Shown piece by piece: positions 58,042-64,000 of a DNA stretch of 64,000 nt; the first letter of the stretch is position 1, and each line of letters opens with the position of its first letter. The position numbers and the translations under genes were made by a program. The DNA is taken from positions 288,001-352,000 of the forward strand of contig JBFMHR010000002.1 of assembly GCA_040751795.1 (NCBI GenBank), read 5' to 3'. The notes below the pieces were generated by a model that ran no database searches, was not told where the DNA came from, and was given only the letters and a program-made list of their open reading frames with translations. The stretch comes from Thermoplasmatota archaeon. Its GTDB lineage: Archaea; Thermoplasmatota; Thermoplasmata; UBA10834.

Positions 58042-58971
58042 ATGGACGCGCGCACGAGGGAGCACCTGGAGAAGCAGCAGTACAGGATCATAGGCGACAC
58101 GGGCGCCGTCAAGCTGTGCCACTGGATGCGCCAGAAGCTGATCCACGGGAGGCCGTGCTACAAGGAGGAGTTCTACGGGATCAGCTCCCACAGGTGCCTC
58201 CAGATGACCCCCGCCGTCAACGTCTGCAACTTCAGGTGCCTCTTCTGCTGGCGCTTCCACGGAATGTCCAGCCTCGAGGGCACCGGCTACCCGGGTCCGG
58301 AGGAGCTCCTCGAGGGGTGCCTGGAGGAGCAGCGGTCCTTGGTGTCGGGCTTCAAGGGGGACGAGAGGTGCGACCCGGCGCTCTGGGAGGAGTCCAGGAG
58401 CCCGGACCAGGTGGCCATCTCCCTGTCCGGGGAGCCGACCCTCTACCCCGAGCTGGGGGAGTTCATCGCGCTGTGCAAGAGGCGGGGCATGACGACCTTC
58501 CTCGTCACCAACGGCTCCGTCCCGAAGGCGCTGGCCGATCTCTCCTGCATGCCGACCCAGCTCTACGTCACGGTCGCCGCGCCGAACAGGGAGGTCTTCA
58601 AGCGGCTCTGCGTCCCCCAGTTCGACCGCGCCTGGGACAACCTGATGGAGACCCTGGACCTGCTCGGCTCCCTCCCGACGAGGACGGTCGTGAGGCACAC
58701 CCTGGTGAAGGGCTGGAACCTGGGGTGGGAGGACGACTACGCCAAGCTGGACGAGCGCGCGGACCCGACCTTCGTAGAGTCGAAGGGGTACGTGTTCGTG
58801 GGCGACTCCCGCACCAGGATGACGGTCGACAACATGCCCCCGCACTCGTCGGTGAGGGAGTTCTCGTCCCGGCTCGCCCAGAGCCTGTCGCTGGACCAGC
58901 TGGCCGAGCGCGAGGACAGCAGGGTGGTGCTGCTTGGGGAGAAGGGCACCGCCCTGAGGGTCAGGGACTGA
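58042..58971 (+). CDS. taw1: 4-demethylwyosine synthase TYW1/Taw1
   Basis: VKLCHW, CYK..FYGI.SHRCLQMTP, CNFRCLFCWR, GEPTLY. Confidence 0.95.
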   Translation: MDARTREHLEKQQYRIIGDTGAVKLCHWMRQKLIHGRPCYKEEFYGISSHRCLQMTPAVNVCNFRCLFCWRFHGMSSLEGTGYPGPEELLEGCLEEQRSLVSGFKGDERCDPALWEESRSPDQVAISLSGEPTLYPELGEFIALCKRRGMTTFLVTNGSVPKALADLSCMPTQLYVTVAAPNREVFKRLCVPQFDRAWDNLMETLDLLGSLPTRTVVRHTLVKGWNLGWEDDYAKLDERADPTFVESKGYVFVGDSRTRMTVDNMPPHSSVREFSSRLAQSLSLDQLAEREDSRVVLLGEKGTALRVRD

Positions 58972-58973
58972 GC

Positions 58974-60887
58974 TCACTTCAGCCTGATCGTCTCGAGGTT
59001 CAGGGGCGCCCTGGTCTCGATGCCGAACTTCTTGTACAGCGTGCTGGCCAGCTCGCCGCACTTGTACTCCTCCCCGTGGCAGATGATGATCCTCTCCGGC
59101 CTCGGCTCCAGGGTGCTGACGTAGTTCACCAGCTGGCGCCTGTCGGAGTGCCCGGAGAAGCCGTCCACGGTCTCGATGTCCATCTTCATGTGGAGGGTGA
59201 TCGGCTTGCCCCTGTCGTTGATCGTGATGTCGGTCCAGCCCTTCTGGATCTTCCGGCCCATGGTCCCGTCCGCCTGGTACCCCACGAAGACGAGGGTGTT
59301 CAGGGGGTTGTCGCACCAGGCCTTGAAGTACTCCATGACCGGCCCGCCGTTCATCATGCCGCTCGTCGCCAGCACTATGCACGACTCGGGGTCGTGGCAT
59401 ATGCGCTCCCTCATGTCGGGGCTGTCGACGCGCTTGAAGACGTCGGACAGGAACGGGTTCTCGCCCATCTGGAAGATCTGCGTCCTGAGCTGGCTGTTGA
59501 GGTACTCGGGATAGGCCGTGTGTATGGCCGTCGCCTCGAATATCATGCCGTCCAGGTAGATCGGGACCTTGGGGATCTGGTGGTTCCTCATGAGCTCCTC
59601 GAGGACCAGCATGACCTCCTGCGACCTGCCGACCGCGAACACGGGCAGCAGGATCTTGCCCCCCCTCTGCAGGGTCGCGCGCGCGATCTCCCTGATCTGG
59701 TTGCCGGCGTCCTGCCTGCTGGGCTGCATGTCGTGGTAGCCGCCGTAGGTCGACTCTATGACGAGCGTCTCGAGCCTCGGGAACTTGTTCACCGAGGCGT
59801 TGAAGAGCCAGGACTTCTCGAACTTCATGTCGCCGCTGAAGGCGATGTTATAAAGCCCGTCGCCGACGTGGAAGTGGGCTATGGACGAGCCGAGGATGTG
59901 CCCGGCGTTCTGGAGCGTGAGCCTCACGTCGGGGGATATGTCCGTGGTCTCGCCGTACTTCAGGGGTATGCAGTGCATGACCACGTCCCTGATGTGCGAC
60001 GACTCGTACGGCGCCTTCTTCCCCTCGCCAACGGCGACCTTGATAAAGTCCAGCTGGAGCAGCGACATCAGGTCCCTCGTGGGCGGGGTGCAGTACACGG
60101 GCCCCTCGTAGCCGTACTTGTACAGCACGGGCAGCAGGCCGCAGTGGTCCAGGTGCGCGTGCGTGATGACGATGGCGTCGAGCGACTCCAGGGGCATCAG
60201 CTCGGGGGCGCTGAGGTAGGGCGTCGAGCCGTTGTCGTCGGCCGAGACGGCCACGCCGCAGTCGATGAGGACCTTGCTCTCCCTGGTCGTGAGGAGCGAC
60301 GCGCTCCTCCCGACCTCGCGGTACCCGCCGAGGGCTGTGACCCTGAGCCATGTCTCCTCGTTCAGGCGCTGGCGCATGAGCCTCCTGCCGACCTTCCGCA
60401 GGAACTCCTTCCTGTCCTCCTGGACCTTCCTGAGGTAGTTCCTGATCTCGCTCACGGTCTTGGAGGGTATCGGGGGAGCGCGCACGACCTTGGCCGCCCA
60501 GCCGATCTCCTTCTTGATCTCGTTCAGGATGGCGCCGTGCTTGCCTATCACGAGGCCGGGGGATATCGCTTCTATGGTGACCTCCCCCGTGTCGTCCTCG
60601 AAGTAGATGTTGGTGATCTTGGCCTCCTCGGGGATGATCTTCCTGATCTTCTCCTCGGCGCTCTCCGGGCTGGCCAGGGTGCTGGGGTCGGGCCTTATGG
60701 CGACCCTCCTCCTCAGCGTCTGGGCCAGCTGCCTCACGAGGTCGTTGTTGGTGGAGAACTCCTCGAGGTTCTTGGTGTAGATGACTATCACTGGACCCTC
60801 GAAGTCGATGTCCGTGACCTCGATGTGGGTGGGCAGGGTCTTCTTGACCGCCTCCCTCGCGTCTTCTAGAACCTTCTCTATGCCCAT
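58974..60887 (-). CDS. fttA: Beta-CASP ribonuclease aCPSF1 (termination factor FttA)
   Basis: Two KH domains, HAHLDH, GHILGS, FSGHSD, HGE, LETIRL. Confidence 0.96.
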   Translation of the reverse strand: MGIEKVLEDAREAVKKTLPTHIEVTDIDFEGPVIVIYTKNLEEFSTNNDLVRQLAQTLRRRVAIRPDPSTLASPESAEEKIRKIIPEEAKITNIYFEDDTGEVTIEAISPGLVIGKHGAILNEIKKEIGWAAKVVRAPPIPSKTVSEIRNYLRKVQEDRKEFLRKVGRRLMRQRLNEETWLRVTALGGYREVGRSASLLTTRESKVLIDCGVAVSADDNGSTPYLSAPELMPLESLDAIVITHAHLDHCGLLPVLYKYGYEGPVYCTPPTRDLMSLLQLDFIKVAVGEGKKAPYESSHIRDVVMHCIPLKYGETTDISPDVRLTLQNAGHILGSSIAHFHVGDGLYNIAFSGDMKFEKSWLFNASVNKFPRLETLVIESTYGGYHDMQPSRQDAGNQIREIARATLQRGGKILLPVFAVGRSQEVMLVLEELMRNHQIPKVPIYLDGMIFEATAIHTAYPEYLNSQLRTQIFQMGENPFLSDVFKRVDSPDMRERICHDPESCIVLATSGMMNGGPVMEYFKAWCDNPLNTLVFVGYQADGTMGRKIQKGWTDITINDRGKPITLHMKMDIETVDGFSGHSDRRQLVNYVSTLEPRPERIIICHGEEYKCGELASTLYKKFGIETRAPLNLETIRLK

Positions 60888-60944
60888 CTGTTCTCACTCA
60901 GCTTGAACGTGAACGATCCCCGTACGGTGTGGCCCGGGGTGCCC

Positions 60945-61583
60945 TCAGTTGAGTTTCATCTTAGCCAGGCGCTTCTGGACTTCCTTGTCGTCCAGGGGCG
61001 TGAAGCCCTCCGGCGTGATGGTGGCGACGGTGTAGCCGTCGCCGGAGGCCGAGTCGCGCCTCATGGCGGCGTGCAGCGACCTGATGGCCAGGTCGACGCC
61101 GTCGTTGACAGTGAGGTCCTTCTGGTAGTGGTCCTCGAGGACGCCGTACACGTACGGCGAGCCGGAGCCGGTGGTGACGTAGTCGTCGGGGATGGCCCCT
61201 CCGACCATGTCCAGGGCGTAGACGTGGCCGCCGTCCTTGTCCACGCCGCCGAGTATGAGGCCCACCCAGTACGGGTAGAACCTGCTGCCCGCGAGTATGT
61301 TGGAGGTCAGGGTCGCGCCGGACTTGACCGTCATCGGCTGGCCCCTCTTGAGCTTGTAGAGCTCCACCTCCGCGGTGATGTACCGCGCGAGGGTCTGGGC
61401 GTCGCCGACTACCCCCGCGACCGCGAGCCCCATGTTGTCGTCGATCTTGAAAAGCTTCTGCGTGGTCTTGTGGGCTATGAGCGTGCCCATCGTGGCCCTC
61501 TTCTCAGTGGCCATGACCACTCCGTCCTTGCAGACGAGGCCTATTGTGGTCGTGCCCTTCTTGACATCTTCAGTGCTTGTCAT
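60945..61583 (-). CDS. psmB: Proteasome beta subunit
   Basis: Propeptide then G|TTTIG, GSGS, RDSASG. Confidence 0.97.
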   Translation of the reverse strand: MTSTEDVKKGTTTIGLVCKDGVVMATEKRATMGTLIAHKTTQKLFKIDDNMGLAVAGVVGDAQTLARYITAEVELYKLKRGQPMTVKSGATLTSNILAGSRFYPYWVGLILGGVDKDGGHVYALDMVGGAIPDDYVTTGSGSPYVYGVLEDHYQKDLTVNDGVDLAIRSLHAAMRRDSASGDGYTVATITPEGFTPLDDKEVQKRLAKMKLN

Positions 61584-61742
61584 GGATTAACACCACTGCG
61601 AAAATCGGTGTGTTAAAAGCCGTTTTAGAACGCATGACGGTGGCAGTATATAATTGTTTTTCAGGATTGCGAGCTGGCGCCCCTGCCAGGCTCCCATCAG
61701 CCAGGGGCAACGTTTAAGGCCGATGGGGGAGAATAGTATCCC

Positions 61743-61860
61743 TGAGATGGGTAGCCTGTAAGTCCCTTCCTTGGTTGCACGCGACCCTTGTGGACACCGT
61801 GCTCCTAGAACTGGATTCGGAAGGGCCTGGCGTCAGGAAACCGATTGCCTGCCCATCTCA
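61743..61860 (+). ncRNA. Candidate ~118-nt structured ncRNA of unknown family
   Basis: 12-bp closing stem TGAGATGGGTAG/CTGCCCATCTCA, nested stems, TTTAAG box 25 nt upstream, pyrimidine tract downstream. Confidence 0.65.
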
Positions 61861-61920
61861 CCCTTCTTCGTCGCTAGACTTAATACCTGAACGGTCGATA
61901 GGCACAGCAGAGGCCCCCCG

Positions 61921-62277
61921 ATGAGGATACTGGTGGTGGACGACTCCGAGGCCTTCAGGAGGGTCATGACGGAGCTGCTCATGAAGGCGGGCTACGGCGA
62001 CGTCAGGGGCGCCGGAGGGTACGAGGAGGCCCTGGCCGCATACGCGGAGGCCCGCCCGGACATCGTCTTCGTCGACATGGTCCTGCCCGGCCGCTCCGGC
62101 GTGGACCTCACGAAGGCGATACTGGGAGCCGACCCGAAGGCCAGGATCATCGCCATGAGCTCGATAGTGAACAAGTCGATGATCAAGGAGAGCCTCGAGG
62201 CGGGCGCCAAGGACTTCATCCTGAAGCCGACGAACGCCATGGCCCTCGGCTCGATCCTGTCCATGTGGGGTGGTTAG
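61921..62277 (+). CDS. Stand-alone response regulator receiver (CheY-like)
   Basis: VVDD, phospho-Asp FVDMVLP, MSS, ILKP. Confidence 0.93.
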   Translation: MRILVVDDSEAFRRVMTELLMKAGYGDVRGAGGYEEALAAYAEARPDIVFVDMVLPGRSGVDLTKAILGADPKARIIAMSSIVNKSMIKESLEAGAKDFILKPTNAMALGSILSMWGG

Positions 62278-62325
62278 ACGAGCCTGTTCCACTTCAAGAA
62301 GGGCAAGGACGCCAGGGCCGTCAAG

Positions 62326-62835
62326 GTGGCGGGCCCGGACGCCGCCCGCAGGTACGACCTCCGTCCGGGCAGGTGCTACGTGGTCGAGGAGGCGCCCCCG
62401 TCGGTGAGCTTCGACGCCTTCGCCAGCCTCGTGTCGGCCCCCGGCGGCGGGGCCGCGGGGATGGCCGTCACCAGGCAGCACCCCGACCTCGTCAGGCAGA
62501 GGTACGGCCTGGAGAGGACCCCGGTCTACTGGCTCGCCACGCGCGCGGGCGAGGGCGTCATATCCCCCACCAACCTCGGCATATTGACCCAGACGCTGGT
62601 GAAGTTCATCGGGGATAACGACGACGGCGTCATACTCCTGGACGGGCTCGAGTACCTCGTCTCCAACAACGACTTCGGGAAGGTCCTCAAGGTCGTGGAC
62701 CAGGTCCACGACCACATATCTCAGAGCGGCTCGAGGCTCATCCTCCCAGTCGACCCGAGGGCCTTCGAGCCCAGGGAGCTCGCCCTCCTCGAGAGGAACA
62801 TGGACAGGATAGCCGGGGCGACGGACGAGGGCTGA
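62326..62835 (+). CDS. DUF835 domain protein (may start at ACG 62278)
   Basis: VTR.HP, YWL, ISPTNL, ILLDGLEYLV..NDF, ELALLER. Confidence 0.88.
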   Translation: MAGPDAARRYDLRPGRCYVVEEAPPSVSFDAFASLVSAPGGGAAGMAVTRQHPDLVRQRYGLERTPVYWLATRAGEGVISPTNLGILTQTLVKFIGDNDDGVILLDGLEYLVSNNDFGKVLKVVDQVHDHISQSGSRLILPVDPRAFEPRELALLERNMDRIAGATDEG

Positions 62836-62840
62836 GGCCC

Positions 62841-63998
62841 TCAGGCGGCGAACAGCGCCGTGGACACGAACACGCCCTGCGACACCATCACGCATGCGCC
62901 GGTGGACCTCTCCAGGTCGCGCCGGTCCCCGCCACCCTCTATGCCCCACACGAAGTAGCACACGGCCGCGTTCATCTCCGCCAGGAAGAGCCCCAGGGTC
63001 AGGAGCATCGCCCCCGCGGCCGCCGAGCCGTCCCCGCCCGCCACCGAGGCCAGCGACACGAACACGCCGAACGTGACCCCGAGCACCAGCGGGCCGAGGA
63101 AGTGCGCCGTCATCCTCATCATGGATATCGTCGGCCTGAGCCTCATCTTCAGCGCGGCCTCGATCTCCGACAGCTCCCTGAGGTACGAGGCGATGTCCAT
63201 CGCGAGCATCCCCGCCCCGGCCTCGTCCTTCGCGGACGCCCTGGCCACCACCTTCAGCGCCTCCGAGGGGTTGGAGCGCGCCCCCCGCGCCTCCGAGTCG
63301 ACGGCCCTGTCGAGCCCCTGGCCCATGACGAAGGCCCTCAGGCACAGCCTCCTCCCCAGGGGGCGCCCCGCGGCGCCCTCCGAGGCCTCGTCGAGGGCGG
63401 ACTCGAAGTTGTCCCCTTCCAGCATCCGCGCCCCGGCCCTGAAGAGGAGGTCCTGGACCTCATCGTCCACGGAGGCGGCCCGTGCCCCGCGCCGTCTGCC
63501 CGAGGCGACGAGGACGGCGGACGCCGGCAGGGTCCCGGCGAGCAGCACCAGCGGCGCGTGGTCCCCCGGCCCGAGGAGCCAGTAGGCGGAGGCCGAGCAG
63601 GCGGCGCCCAAGGCGATGGCGGCGGCCCAGCCGCCCACGCCCCGCCCGCTGGCGTCCCGCGGCCCGTCGACGGGCCTCCGCGACACCGCGTCCATCGCGA
63701 CCAGCAGCGCCACGGCCGGGAACATCAGGTCCATCACGACGGCGGTCTCGAACGCCATGCCTCCGCCGGCCGTGGGGCCCCGGTCGGGCGCGGCCCCGGA
63801 CCAGATGTCCCACGAGAGCATGGGCATGAACGAGCCCACCATGATGGGGAGGAGGATGCCCAGGGCGAACAGGAGCATGCTGGGCGTGGAGAGGGAGAGG
63901 GCGTACTCCTCCACCCTCCTCTTGGCCCCGGCGACCATGGCCCTGTTGGCCCTCTCAAGCGCCCTCCGCTTCCCCTCGTCGGTCGCCTCCTTGGAGGC
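62841..63998 (-). CDS. Type II secretion F / TadC-like membrane platform protein, 5' end off the window
   Basis: Multi-TM protein with helical cytoplasmic segments (G.NFESAL..A); the frame stays open to the window edge. Confidence 0.6.
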   Translation of the reverse strand, partial: ASKEATDEGKRRALERANRAMVAGAKRRVEEYALSLSTPSMLLFALGILLPIMVGSFMPMLSWDIWSGAAPDRGPTAGGGMAFETAVVMDLMFPAVALLVAMDAVSRRPVDGPRDASGRGVGGWAAAIALGAACSASAYWLLGPGDHAPLVLLAGTLPASAVLVASGRRRGARAASVDDEVQDLLFRAGARMLEGDNFESALDEASEGAAGRPLGRRLCLRAFVMGQGLDRAVDSEARGARSNPSEALKVVARASAKDEAGAGMLAMDIASYLRELSEIEAALKMRLRPTISMMRMTAHFLGPLVLGVTFGVFVSLASVAGGDGSAAAGAMLLTLGLFLAEMNAAVCYFVWGIEGGGDRRDLERSTGACVMVSQGVFVSTALFAA

Positions 63999-64000
63999 GA

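Noticed and set aside
61723-61842. TPP riboswitch or 5S rRNA identity for the structured element
   Set aside because: The conserved CUGAU/UAAU core spacing of TPP and the 5S signature sequences are absent, and the downstream genes are not thiamine-related; kept as an unassigned RNA.

Overview
High-GC archaeal chromosomal window. Gene content (aCPSF1, proteasome beta, thermosome, RFC, L40e, TYW1, archaeal DnaG, FBP aldolase/phosphatase, DUF835) points to Thermoplasmatota, probably a Methanomassiliicoccales-related lineage; this placement is an inference. Most of it is housekeeping: replication, tRNA modification, gluconeogenesis, peptide uptake and fermentation, and archaeal lipid head-group synthesis. 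It also holds tRNA-Ser(CGA) and a small lower-GC accessory patch at about 43.8-47.4 kb. The notable signals are mostly non-coding. (1) A tyrosine recombinase with only the catalytic domain lies beside a 1.1-kb gene-free region full of hairpins and repeats, some echoed in inverted orientation just after the gene. (2) A box C/D guide RNA is predicted to methylate C34 of intron-containing pre-tRNA-Met. (3) An unassigned ~118-nt structured RNA has its own TATA box, upstream of a response regulator/DUF835 pair. (4) There is a candidate sRNA next to rpl40e and a structured dnaG leader. (5) Three genes have ACG where a start codon is expected. All calls come from reading the sequence and ORF translations by eye; no searches or folding programs were run.
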